Source: an uncultured Methanosarcinales archaeon (lineage in GTDB: Archaea; Nanobdellota; Nanobdellia; Woesearchaeales; GW2011-AR15). From it: a DNA stretch of 64,000 bases. The DNA is taken from assembly GCA_964512765.1 (NCBI GenBank), contig CAZEKF010000006.1:2747-66746 (forward strand), written 5' to 3'. The position numbers and the translations under genes are program-made. The notes under the pieces are model-generated. The model was not told where the DNA came from and did no database searches. It saw only the letters and a program-made list of their open reading frames with translations. Of the stretch, positions 9,961-19,172 are shown piece by piece (position 1 is the stretch's first letter; the number at the start of each line of letters is the position of its first letter).

Positions 9961-10470
9961 ATGATCAATTATGAAACATTCCCAAGAGTCCCATGGATAA
10001 TGCAAAATTATGCAAAAGCATTAAATATAGATATTGATGATTTACTACAAGTTACCAATGCAGAATATGATAGCCCACTGTTAATGACATCAAAGACTCA
10101 ATATGACCTTGCACAAACACAGGAACCCGTACAGTGTGTTTGGTGTGCAGATATTCCAACTAGAGAAGAACGTCCGCAAATACAAAAAAGTTTGCTAACA
10201 CCTATGTATGGCGGTGAAATATATTTTGAAACTCCTGAGGATGAAAGAAATAAAACAATTATTTTTGTTGATGACTGTCTCAGGATTGGAGAAAGAGTTC
10301 CAACTCAATGGGCTACTCTCTCTGTATTACAGTATATGTTCAAAGAACATCTTGTTTTGGGTGGTGTTCCTGATAAAGCATTTGATTGGTTTGATAAGAT
10401 GCCAATAGATTTGCTTATATGTGACCATAATCTTTGGTATGAATCTGAAGTTGCTCAAACATATTTTTAA
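9961..10470 (+). CDS. Hypothetical protein, 169 aa
   Basis: ORF with an AGGA 5 nt upstream of the ATG. No family recognised; Trp-rich, with atypical composition. Confidence 0.5.
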   Translation: MINYETFPRVPWIMQNYAKALNIDIDDLLQVTNAEYDSPLLMTSKTQYDLAQTQEPVQCVWCADIPTREERPQIQKSLLTPMYGGEIYFETPEDERNKTIIFVDDCLRIGERVPTQWATLSVLQYMFKEHLVLGGVPDKAFDWFDKMPIDLLICDHNLWYESEVAQTYF

Positions 10471-10482
10471 AACGGAATTCAG

Positions 10483-10671
10483 TTGATTCAATTTTTAAGA
10501 GAAAAAGAACAGATAATTCCAAAAATTATTGCTCATAGTGACAATGTTGAAGTTATTTCTAAGTGGGAAAATGTTCCTGGGTACCAATGCTTTGTAGCTA
10601 AAGTTGGCAAAGGAAAAGATTATAGGGCTAATTTAGTTGATGCTGTGGAAAGAGCATTGGTTGATTTGTAA
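10483..10671 (+). CDS. Hypothetical ORF in the same frame as 9961..10470 (possible continuation past a single TAA)
   Basis: No ATG anywhere in the ORF (the listed start is TTG) and no SD. It is separated from the upstream ORF only by TAA plus 4 sense codons, in the same frame. Confidence 0.3.
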   Translation: MIQFLREKEQIIPKIIAHSDNVEVISKWENVPGYQCFVAKVGKGKDYRANLVDAVERALVDL

Positions 10672-10721
10672 CACGTAATATTCAAAAAAAGTCTGGATTT
10701 AACTTTGATTAACTGATTTCA

Positions 10722-11363
10722 TCAAAGAGAATTAATTAGTTCAATAGAAATTTCGTTTAATGAATCAACAACAACATCTGCTTCTTCTAACGCATATTTG
10801 TCATGTGTGGTTGCAACTCCAATAACTTTCATACCTGCTTTTTTAGCAGCTTGTATTCCATGACCAACATCCTCTATCACAACACATTCATTTGGAGATA
10901 TATTTAATTTTTCTGTACATCTCAAAAATATATCTGGAGCAGGTTTTCCTTTGTCAACTTCATGATTACTTACATAACCTTGAAAATATTTTGTTAAACC
11001 TAATTTATCAAGATTAAACTCAATATTTTTAGGATGGCCTGACGAACCAACAATTAATTTATAATTATTATCAAAAAATCTTTTTATTAAATCTGTTGCA
11101 CCGTTTATTTCATACAACTCATTCTGAGCAAGTTCCCTGTACATGGCTTCTTTTTCATTATCTAATCTTGGATAATCACTTGGATCTTGTTCAGGTAATA
11201 ACATCTTAAAGATTTCTTTATTAGCCATACCAAAATGTTTATTGAAATCTTGTTTTGAATGTGGTTTATTGTGTTTGGCTAAAAATTGTTGCCAAGCAAT
11301 AAAATGCAATTCTGCAGAGTCTACAATCACTCCATCCATATCAAATATAATTGCTTTTATCAT
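10722..11363 (-). CDS. HAD-superfamily hydrolase (beta-phosphoglucomutase-like subfamily)
   Basis: Motif I IIFDMDGVIVDS. Also GSSG..., KGKPAPDIF and VIEDVGHGIQAAKKAGM. Confidence 0.8.
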   Translation of the reverse strand: MIKAIIFDMDGVIVDSAELHFIAWQQFLAKHNKPHSKQDFNKHFGMANKEIFKMLLPEQDPSDYPRLDNEKEAMYRELAQNELYEINGATDLIKRFFDNNYKLIVGSSGHPKNIEFNLDKLGLTKYFQGYVSNHEVDKGKPAPDIFLRCTEKLNISPNECVVIEDVGHGIQAAKKAGMKVIGVATTHDKYALEEADVVVDSLNEISIELINSL

Positions 11364-12007
11364 TTTAACTTGTTTAACAAAATTTCATTCAGTTCACCCA
11401 TTGACTCAATCTTAAAATCAGCCATGCTATGGTCTTGATATTTAGTAAAATCATCTTCAACAGCTATGCAAGTCATGTTGGCAGCTTTTGCAGCTTGTAT
11501 ACCCAAAATTGCGTCTTCAACAACAACACATTGTTTTGGTTCAAGGTTTAACGCTTCAGCGGCTTTCAGAAATATTTCTGGGTTTGGCTTAGCTTCATTT
11601 ACTTCGTCACCACCTATTATAAAATCAAAGTACTGTTTAATATGAAATGTATTAACAGTATCCAAAGCAGATTCTCTAGGAGCGCCTGTTGCCAGAGCAA
11701 TTTTGTAACTTGGTTTTAATGTTTTTAATTGATCAAGAACACCTTTTTTTAAGTGAACATCTGTTCTGAACCTTTCATTATTTTGAAATTGACGTCTGTA
11801 AAACTCTTCAGGCTGCATTTTAAGGTTATATTTATCAAAAAAATATTTAGTAAAATCTAATCCATTCTTACCAAACTGAGCTGCAAACTCTTGTTTAGAA
11901 ACTGTCAAACCAAAAAGTTTTTCAAACAACCCATTCCAGACTTGAAACAAAACAGGACTAGAATCTATTACAACACCGTCCATATCGAAAATAATGCCTC
12001 GTATCAA
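11360..12007 (-). CDS. HAD-superfamily hydrolase (tandem paralog)
   Basis: IIFDMDGVVIDS, KPNPEIF, VVEDAILGIQAAKAANM. TTG start, and a 4-nt overlap with the downstream paralog. Confidence 0.8.
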   Translation of the reverse strand: MIRGIIFDMDGVVIDSSPVLFQVWNGLFEKLFGLTVSKQEFAAQFGKNGLDFTKYFFDKYNLKMQPEEFYRRQFQNNERFRTDVHLKKGVLDQLKTLKPSYKIALATGAPRESALDTVNTFHIKQYFDFIIGGDEVNEAKPNPEIFLKAAEALNLEPKQCVVVEDAILGIQAAKAANMTCIAVEDDFTKYQDHSMADFKIESMGELNEILLNKLK

Positions 12008-12129
12008 ATATACTCACCTTTATTTTCGAACTTCCACTTCGTGTAAGTATCAAATATAATACCTTTAATCATAGCAACCTCAGAATTAATTACATTTTAA
12101 ATAAGTATTTATTAATTATATGATTCAAG

Positions 12130-12987
12130 TTACAATCCTAATTTTAATTCTTTTAATTCAGGAGAAGTTAAATAATCTTTTATTCTTTGGAAATTTTTAT
12201 ATGCTCCAAGCCTTTCTATACCCCTTGTAAGTCTTTTTTTGAACACGTTATCACTTATATTTAATGCTAGAGCTGCAGCTGTATATGTTGCTTTAGGCTC
12301 ACCAGAAGTAATCCCGTAAAATGTGTCTAAAGGATCCCTAAATTCACTACCAAAACCAATTGCATTAAAGGCTTGCTGGATTCCCAATGGAACTGTTTGA
12401 TTATCTTCAAAATTCAGTCTGTTTGCTAGTATTTTGAGATTTTTTTCAACTGCCTTATATACTGGCTCAAATGAAATTCTTTCAAGTTTTGCATAATCTC
12501 CCCTGCCATTGTACATATCTTCTAACTCATCTAAAAAAAGAGTTGTTGTAATGACTGAAGGATTTATTTCCTGTTTAAAAACATCTAAAATTAGTTTTTT
12601 CAAACCACGAGATTTTCTATCAAATGATTTATTAAACTCTGTTCTTATAACCAAATCAGTTACTGTGGTATCTAGATCAGTACCAAGATATTTAAATACT
12701 CTATCAATAAAAAAATTGTCTGCATTTAATCTTGGTTTTTCAGGTAGAATAGGTCTTCCATTAAGTAATAGATAAAAATGAATTAGGTTTCCTTCATGTG
12801 TTGATGTATGTGCCGCATATAACTCTATTAAAGGATTGGACTTTGCCAGATCTGCTGCTGCTTCGAAAAGTGCTGCTTCTTTATCTTCTGGTATTTCGTC
12901 CTCAACTCTAACATCAAGATTATCTAAAGGTGCGCCAAGTAAAAAGGCTAGCGTTTGATCAATAATTTCTTCTTGATACTTTGGCAT
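12130..12987 (-). CDS. Hypothetical protein with a C-terminal HTH resembling sigma-70 region 4 / LuxR type
   Basis: ATYTAAALALNISDNVFKKRLTRGIERL fits the pattern [S]Y.EIA..L.IS..TVK.RL.RA...L. The remainder is unrecognised. Confidence 0.55.
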   Translation of the reverse strand: MPKYQEEIIDQTLAFLLGAPLDNLDVRVEDEIPEDKEAALFEAAADLAKSNPLIELYAAHTSTHEGNLIHFYLLLNGRPILPEKPRLNADNFFIDRVFKYLGTDLDTTVTDLVIRTEFNKSFDRKSRGLKKLILDVFKQEINPSVITTTLFLDELEDMYNGRGDYAKLERISFEPVYKAVEKNLKILANRLNFEDNQTVPLGIQQAFNAIGFGSEFRDPLDTFYGITSGEPKATYTAAALALNISDNVFKKRLTRGIERLGAYKNFQRIKDYLTSPELKELKLGL

Positions 12988-13025
12988 GTCAACAAAAGTA
13001 AAAAGAAGTTATATTTAAAAACTAC

Positions 13026-13304
13026 TCACTCTAGTCCATAAGAATCTACAAAACCTCTTATTAGTGAATAATCTTTAAGATAATCAAGACCTTTGTTAGT
13101 TATTTTATAAGTTTTTTTAGACTTATCATTTTCTGTCTCAATCACCATTTTTTTAGAGATTAGTTCATTAGTATATTCTGTTAACATTTGGTGTGAGAGG
13201 TTAGCTTTATACATTATATGAGTTGGTTTAACAGTCTCACCTTTATCCCTGATAACCTGCAGAATATCTTTAATAATCTCAAGTCTGTCTCTCTTTTTAG
13301 GCAT
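13026..13304 (-). CDS. Small winged-helix DNA-binding protein
   Basis: 92 aa. RLEIIKDILQVI...KPTHIMYKANLSHQMLTEYTNELISKKMV...YKITNKGLDYL is typical of archaeal wHTH proteins. Confidence 0.7.
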   Translation of the reverse strand: MPKKRDRLEIIKDILQVIRDKGETVKPTHIMYKANLSHQMLTEYTNELISKKMVIETENDKSKKTYKITNKGLDYLKDYSLIRGFVDSYGLE

Positions 13305-13962
13305 TTTTCTTAATAATATAATAATTCATTAATATAAGAAAGTATCCTATAAAATTCACCAAGTGTGCTAGTACATAAAACATTACAGACAATTTGATTA
13401 ATAGAAATATAATATGGCCTAAAAATAAAAATAAAAATGCTAGTGCAATACAAAACGCACATTTCTTTTTTCTTTTAAGGTAATTCAAGTAATAACTATA
13501 AGATAAAAATCCTAAATATAACGCAGTTAGTGTTAAAAACCCTATCAATGTTTTCTTTGAAAGAAAAATTACTAGAAATGATGATGACACTAGGTACAAT
13601 AATAGGCTTTGATTCTTTGTCTTAAAAGCGTTGTACATTAAGAACGCTAACCCGATAGTTAGAAACAATGCATGGACGTACAATCCTTGTTCATTAACCA
13701 CGCTTAGTGGATGTATGCCAAACATCACGTATAAATCATGTTGTACTCCTAACAAAACTAATAAATTAAAAAACGCTTGTAACCCATAAGACGCAGAAAT
13801 AAAGAAAAACGCTATTGTCATAAACTTTGTCTGTGCCTGGTTAAATGTTCGGTATAATTTATATGAAATATATGAGATAAAAAGTGTAATCAAAGCAAAA
13901 AATATTTGTAACAGTATTGCATAACCTAAAAAAGAAGATTCTATCAAATAAAGATCAGGCAT
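13297..13962 (-). CDS. Polytopic membrane protein, unknown function
   Basis: About 7 hydrophobic helices. The stop overlaps the start of the wHTH gene by 8 nt. Confidence 0.6.
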   Translation of the reverse strand: MPDLYLIESSFLGYAILLQIFFALITLFISYISYKLYRTFNQAQTKFMTIAFFFISASYGLQAFFNLLVLLGVQHDLYVMFGIHPLSVVNEQGLYVHALFLTIGLAFLMYNAFKTKNQSLLLYLVSSSFLVIFLSKKTLIGFLTLTALYLGFLSYSYYLNYLKRKKKCAFCIALAFLFLFLGHIIFLLIKLSVMFYVLAHLVNFIGYFLILMNYYIIKKNA

Positions 13963-14029
13963 AGACTATATCCTTAATTTTCCCTTTTTAAAGTTTATGA
14001 AAGATAAATCTGATTTTACCTTGAAATTG

Positions 14030-14038
14030 TTTATAAAT
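14030..14038 (+). promoter_or_regulatory. TATA-box-like element for a small transcription unit
   Basis: TTTATAAAT lies about 46 nt upstream of the ATG at 14080. This would give a ~20-nt 5' UTR containing GAGG. Confidence 0.3.
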
Positions 14039-14079
14039 GATATTATACATACATTATGTTATCAAGAGGCGATGGTTAA

Positions 14080-14175
14080 ATGGACAAAAAAAACAAAATA
14101 CGGTTTTGGTCGGATCTTTATGATTTTCCAACCATCCAGTCACTGATAAATGAATCATGTTTCGCATTTGTATAA
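14080..14175 (+). CDS. Candidate small protein (31 aa) or sRNA body
   Basis: Encodes MDKKNKIRFWSDLYDFPTIQSLINESCFAFV. GAGG sits 10 nt upstream, and the ORF lies between the TATA-like box and a strong hairpin/T8. Confidence 0.3.
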   Translation: MDKKNKIRFWSDLYDFPTIQSLINESCFAFV

Positions 14176-14227
14176 CACCTCATTTACAAATAAAGTATTC
14201 ATATAACACCAACCAAGAAAGACAGTT

Positions 14228-14260
14228 AACCTCCATCTTCCATTGGTGGAGGTTTTTTTT
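14228..14260 (+). terminator. Hairpin plus T8 terminator
   Basis: AACCTCCA (14228-14235) pairs with TGGAGGTT (14247-14254) and the T run continues to 14260. This is the GC-richest stem in an AT-rich spacer. Confidence 0.55.
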
Positions 14261-14284
14261 CTTTTTCCATTTTTTTTGAAAGAA

Positions 14285-14887
14285 TTATAGAACATCTAGA
14301 ATTTGATGTGGTTCTGTTATGAGATAATCAGGATTTTCTTTTTGTAATGCAGCTTTTGAGTTAAAACCCCAAGCAACTGATATAATTTTTATTCCACACA
14401 TTCTAGCAGCTTTGATGTCACGAGTTTCGTCCCCTACATACACAACATCTTCTGGTTCCAGATTGTGTGATTTAAGAAATTTTTCTAAGAGTTTATTTTT
14501 ACCAAAAAGTTTACTCCCTGTTTGAATCGAATCAAACAAATCAATTTTGGTTTTAAGAATTTTATCAACATTTTTTCTTAAATTTGAAGTAAGAATTGCA
14601 AGATTGTATTTCTTTTTAAGTTCAATCAAAACACCTTCAATATCTTTAAACAATTCAACATTTTTATCTCCTAATTTAGTAAGAACTTTTTTTACAAAAA
14701 AAGGGAGTTTTGTTGAAGGTATGTTAAAATCCTTAACAATTTGTTTAGAAGATTTAAGTTTAAATTCTTCAGGTTCTTTTATTTTTTCATAACCATATTT
14801 TGAACTAAGTTCATTATAAATCTCAAGCACAGCACTAAAACTATCTGCTATTGTCCCATCAAAGTCAAAAATAACGTATTTTATCAT
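14285..14887 (-). CDS. HAD-superfamily hydrolase (phosphoglycolate-phosphatase-like)
   Basis: YVIFDFDGTIADS, LAILTSN, YVGDETRDIKAARMCG. Confidence 0.8.
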   Translation of the reverse strand: MIKYVIFDFDGTIADSFSAVLEIYNELSSKYGYEKIKEPEEFKLKSSKQIVKDFNIPSTKLPFFVKKVLTKLGDKNVELFKDIEGVLIELKKKYNLAILTSNLRKNVDKILKTKIDLFDSIQTGSKLFGKNKLLEKFLKSHNLEPEDVVYVGDETRDIKAARMCGIKIISVAWGFNSKAALQKENPDYLITEPHQILDVL

Positions 14888-14889
14888 TT

Positions 14890-16089
14890 TTATTTATTAT
14901 GCAATATTTCAACAACATCCCTATGTTTTAGCTCTTGATCTTTTTTCAAAGCAAGATTAGTTTTCATGTCAACTGCTCTGACAAAATTCTCGCCAATTGT
15001 TGTATGGACTTTGAATGCAAATTCTAATGCTGTAGTATGTTTTGGCACTAAGAAACAATCTGGTAAAACATTGTTATCTGCGTCTGTTAATTTGTTGCTC
15101 GCAACAGGATAAACACCTATATAATTTAGCAAATTAAAAACTGCTTTATTAAGAACATCCTGTACACCTGTTGAACCATATTTGTCTAGCATGTTAGTTT
15201 TAATGAAATTCAATGCTTGTTTTTGCTTATCATTTAACTTATCTTCATGTAATATCTTAAAATCTTTTTCACCTGGCGTGTACTCGATTAAACCATGCTT
15301 ATCAGCTTCTTTTAATGCTAACTCTGATTCTGCTGAACAAGGAATAATAATATAATCTGGAAACTGTTCTTTTACTTTTTTATAATTTTCTTCAGCACCA
15401 GGTATGTCAATTTTATTAGCTGCTATAATAATCGGCTTAGTTTGTTTTCTTAGTTCTGTTGTTAACTGTTTTAACTCGTCTTCTGTCCATTTAATAATTA
15501 TTTTATCAGACAAATCTAGTTTTTTCAAGATTGATTTAACCATTTCTTCATTAACTTTTAACCCAGAGAATTGTTTAGAAATTGCTTTAACAACATTTTC
15601 TTTGTTTTGGTTAACTGCATTTGAAAACTTTTTCCATGCTTTATCAACAATCTGAAAGTACCACATGTCAAGTTCGTGTTCTAAGAATTTGATATCGTTT
15701 GCAGGGTCATAGCTACCTTTTTCAACAGGTTCACCTTTTTCATTCAAACTTCCTGAGATGTCAACAACATGTATAAGTGCATCTGCCTGGCTAAGGTCTG
15801 ATAAGAACTCATTGCCCATACCTAATCCTTTATGCGCACCTGGCACTAAACCTGCAACATCAATTATTTTAACAGGTATAAACCGTTTATGATGTTTACA
15901 ATAACCTTCTTTAGGTTTGCAATTAACTTTAAACTCTTTGTCAACACAATCAATTTTTACAAAACCAATACCTGAATTAGGTTTTATTGTAGTAAACGGA
16001 TAATTAGCAATTGCAACGTCCATTAAAGTTGTTGCTTTGAAAAAAGTACTTTTACCTGCTGAAGGTTTACCAACACATGCTACGAACAT
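14890..16089 (-). CDS. YchF/OLA1-family P-loop NTPase with C-terminal TGS domain
   Basis: G1 motif [31 protein letters not shown], and a C-terminal TGS-like domain. Confidence 0.85.
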   Translation of the reverse strand: MFVACVGKPSAGKSTFFKATTLMDVAIANYPFTTIKPNSGIGFVKIDCVDKEFKVNCKPKEGYCKHHKRFIPVKIIDVAGLVPGAHKGLGMGNEFLSDLSQADALIHVVDISGSLNEKGEPVEKGSYDPANDIKFLEHELDMWYFQIVDKAWKKFSNAVNQNKENVVKAISKQFSGLKVNEEMVKSILKKLDLSDKIIIKWTEDELKQLTTELRKQTKPIIIAANKIDIPGAEENYKKVKEQFPDYIIIPCSAESELALKEADKHGLIEYTPGEKDFKILHEDKLNDKQKQALNFIKTNMLDKYGSTGVQDVLNKAVFNLLNYIGVYPVASNKLTDADNNVLPDCFLVPKHTTALEFAFKVHTTIGENFVRAVDMKTNLALKKDQELKHRDVVEILHNK

Positions 16090-16128
16090 ATTAATTAGGA
16101 ATAAGATAAGAAATTATAAAGGTTATTG

Positions 16129-17208
16129 TCAATATTCACTCAACATCTTTTGCCTTTTACCATCAATTGTTATAAATGGTTTAGCTCTTTTGATCCAACC
16201 ACCTAGCTTGTGCAGTTGTTCATATTTAGTAATTTTTTGTTTAGAATGGATGATTCTTGTTGCTGTCTTAGGCCCTATACCTGGTACTCTGATCAATTCA
16301 TCATAATCTGATTCATTGATATCAACCGGTGAGTCAAAATTAGCTTTTGCAAGCGCAAGTTTAGGATCTTCTCTTGGTAACATGTCATTATCCATTATTT
16401 CTTTAAACTCTGTTGTTTTATAATTGTAAGACCTTAACAAAAAATCTACATTATACAACCTTGTTTCTCGTGTTATTGAACCAGGCGTGTTATTTTCAAA
16501 CTCTGTTCCTTTAACAGGCCTGAAAGCAGAAAAATATACTCGTTTCAGGTTCATTTCTTTATACTCAAAATCCATCATTTTCATAACTTGTTTATCTGTT
16601 GAAAACTCATTAATAATAACCTGTGTTGTCTGGTTCTGGTTAAGTTCTGTCATCCATCTTTGACGTTTCATAATATCATTTGTATAATCTTTACAATTTG
16701 ACATTTCAGTCATAATGTCTTTGTTAGGCGCTTCAATGTTTATACTCATTCTATTGCTTAACTCAGATGCTTGTTTAACTAATTCTTTAGACGTCCCTGG
16801 TAATACTTTAAAATGAACATATCCTTTAAATCTGTGTTTTGTCCTTATGAGTTTAACAGATTCAATCATTTTTTCTGTTACTTTATCAGGGTTTCCAGCG
16901 ACTGCTGAACTAAGAAATAAACCATTCACTTGTAAGTTTTTATTTAGATAATTAAACAATGTTCCTAGTTCTTTAGGTTCATACTTAGCTTTTTTTTTAG
17001 TGCAATTATTAGCATTTCCACAATACTTACAGTCAAACGAACAGTTATTATCCATCAAAGTTTTAAAAATTCTACAAGTTTCATGCTCTGTTTTTGCATG
17101 GTAAATACCACCTAATGAATTGCTTATGTTAACCTCGCACATTTTAGGGCCACAACTATCATAATGTCCTGCTTTGCTCAGCACTTTAGCTTTTTCTAAT
17201 ATGTTCAT
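16129..17208 (-). CDS. Radical SAM protein with C-terminal helix-hairpin-helix (putative DNA modification/repair radical SAM family)
   Basis: CSFDCKYCGN (CxxxCxxC) and a C-terminal HhH, RVPGIGPKTATRI. Confidence 0.8.
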   Translation of the reverse strand: MNILEKAKVLSKAGHYDSCGPKMCEVNISNSLGGIYHAKTEHETCRIFKTLMDNNCSFDCKYCGNANNCTKKKAKYEPKELGTLFNYLNKNLQVNGLFLSSAVAGNPDKVTEKMIESVKLIRTKHRFKGYVHFKVLPGTSKELVKQASELSNRMSINIEAPNKDIMTEMSNCKDYTNDIMKRQRWMTELNQNQTTQVIINEFSTDKQVMKMMDFEYKEMNLKRVYFSAFRPVKGTEFENNTPGSITRETRLYNVDFLLRSYNYKTTEFKEIMDNDMLPREDPKLALAKANFDSPVDINESDYDELIRVPGIGPKTATRIIHSKQKITKYEQLHKLGGWIKRAKPFITIDGKRQKMLSEY

Positions 17209-17356
17209 AACAATTTAAATTACAGATTTCATTTAAATATCTCACACAAGAATGTCAAGTGTGTCTAGTGGGAGTTTATAGACGTGGAAAGAGTGTCCAG
17301 TGAAAAAAGTCACTTTTCTAAACAAATAAATATCAGTAACAAATTAGTAATATAAA

Positions 17357-17914
17357 GTGACTTTAATCAAAGAATTCAAAAATCTAGCTAACCAGATAAC
17401 ATTAATACGACTTATATTAATTCCATTCTTACTTTATTTTTCTTATACAAAGAATTTGCTAATATTTATCATATTGTATACAATTGCAGGTTTAAGTGAT
17501 TTTTTTGACGGCATAATTGCAAGAAAATATAATTTATGCACAAACTTCGGCGCAAAGCTTGATTCAATAGCAGATGAAATAATAAGTTCATTAACAATTG
17601 TGTTTGTGTTTCTCTTGGTACCTAACGTAGTTCTCAAGTATATTTATTATGTTATATTAGCTGCGGTTCTTTTATTTGTAAGATTTTTAATCTACCTAAT
17701 AAAATTCAAAAACAAAACAAGACTTCATCTAATTTCTTCAAAGTTTGTCATGTTTTTCTTGTATCTCTGTATATTTATTGTTTTAATATTTAATTATGAG
17801 CAAATAATTCCAATTTGCATTATTGTTTGTTCAATTGCTTTGATTGAAGAAATCTTAGTGTTATTAACTAGAAAAAAAATACATCCAAATATTAGATCTA
17901 TATTCATAGAATGA
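17357..17914 (+). CDS. CDP-alcohol phosphatidyltransferase (archaetidyl head-group synthase type)
   Basis: Motif DFFDGIIARKYNLCTNFGAKLDSIADE (D-G-x2-A-R-x8-G-x3-D-x3-D). GTG start; polytopic. Confidence 0.85.
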   Translation: MTLIKEFKNLANQITLIRLILIPFLLYFSYTKNLLIFIILYTIAGLSDFFDGIIARKYNLCTNFGAKLDSIADEIISSLTIVFVFLLVPNVVLKYIYYVILAAVLLFVRFLIYLIKFKNKTRLHLISSKFVMFFLYLCIFIVLIFNYEQIIPICIIVCSIALIEEILVLLTRKKIHPNIRSIFIE

Positions 17915-18459
17915 TACAAAAAATAATAATTGGAATCTGGTATTTACTGCCTGCTATAATTGGTAACATGGCACCTTTGTTTGCAAGAATCATTTTCAAG
18001 CATAGGTTTACAACACCAGTTGATTTCAACATGAAATTCAAAGGAAAACCTATTTTTGGCAGTCATAAAACTTACAGAGGGTTTGTAGCTGGTGTGATTT
18101 GTGCAGTTCTTACTGCTTATGTGCAAAGGTATTATTATTTCAGGCCAAGCATTCTTAGAATCAGTCTAATTAATTATTATGAAGTAAATATGTTACTATG
18201 GGGTTTTCTAATGGGTTTTGGTGCATTGTTCGGTGATTTAGTTAAAAGTTTTGTTAAACGAAGGATAAACGTGAAAGCAGGCAAATCTTGGATACCGTTT
18301 GACCAGATAGATTTTATATTTGGTGCGTTATTATTTACGTTTCCAATAGCGTTCCCACCAACTGATTTAGTTATTCTAATGTTTGTCCTAGGACCTTTTA
18401 TTACGTTACTAGTGTCAAGAATTGGTTATTGGTTAAAAATAAGAAGAAGTAAGTGTTAG
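17911..18459 (+). CDS. carS: CDP-archaeol synthase
   Basis: GSHKTYRGF, GALFGDLVKSFVKRR and FDQIDF match the CarS (DUF46) pattern. ATGA overlap with the upstream gene. Confidence 0.85.
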   Translation: MIQKIIIGIWYLLPAIIGNMAPLFARIIFKHRFTTPVDFNMKFKGKPIFGSHKTYRGFVAGVICAVLTAYVQRYYYFRPSILRISLINYYEVNMLLWGFLMGFGALFGDLVKSFVKRRINVKAGKSWIPFDQIDFIFGALLFTFPIAFPPTDLVILMFVLGPFITLLVSRIGYWLKIRRSKC

Positions 18460-18542
18460 TACAATACTACTCTTTGAAAAATTCTAATAATCTTCTATCT
18501 TTTAATATAACTTTAGCTATCCTCATCAAAAACAGCTTTAAA

Positions 18543-19136
18543 ATGATAACTTTTGAAGAAATGGTTTCCAGATTATGGGATGAACAAAATATTGAACCAG
18601 GTACTCAGTTGAAAGGAGAATATATAGTTCCTCAAGTTCTAAGATACTTGGCTCATACAGATAATTTTATTGTTGTAGGATACGGACCAGATAATGATCT
18701 TCATATGTCAATTGCAATTTATCCTCATCCTGAACATGCATATTCTTTTGTTAAACCACAAAATTTCGGTTGGATTGAACCAGGAGGTGAAGCTAATAAA
18801 TTCAAAGCAGGTGTTGTTGCAATGGTGGTTCAGAAACAGCATTCTAATTATGAGGGTTGGTTTATTCCAACATGGCAATGCCTTTACAAACACCGACATT
18901 TACCTGAAGAGTTAGTTAAAACTTACAAATTTGCTCGACATGAATTGTTACAATTTGTTTTAAACCAAGCATTAGAGGAGAGTGTTTATAAAATAACTTA
19001 TTTGAAAAAAAGAGAAGCAAAAGGTGGACTCTATACATCAATTTTTAGAAAAGTTTGTGAAGACAATGAATTTACAGTAGAAGAAACCAAGAAGGGTCCA
19101 AACATTGAGATGGTTGCAACTTTTAATGAAAACTAG
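18543..19136 (+). CDS. Hypothetical protein (~197 aa), start moved to the first ATG
   Basis: The listed start (18453) is a GTG overlapping carS, and the first 30 codons look like spacer. A TATA-like TTTAATATA lies at about 18500. No family recognised. Confidence 0.55.
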   Translation: MITFEEMVSRLWDEQNIEPGTQLKGEYIVPQVLRYLAHTDNFIVVGYGPDNDLHMSIAIYPHPEHAYSFVKPQNFGWIEPGGEANKFKAGVVAMVVQKQHSNYEGWFIPTWQCLYKHRHLPEELVKTYKFARHELLQFVLNQALEESVYKITYLKKREAKGGLYTSIFRKVCEDNEFTVEETKKGPNIEMVATFNEN

Positions 19137-19172
19137 TCCAATGAAATAATACTTTCAATTTTTTGTATTCCT

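Noticed and set aside
10468-10470. Possibility that TAA is reassigned genome-wide.
   Set aside because: Many well-defined genes in the window (for example trmB, ahcY, trpB, rpoN, MVD) terminate at TAA exactly where family alignments end. Reassignment is not supported; the interruption at 10468 is local.
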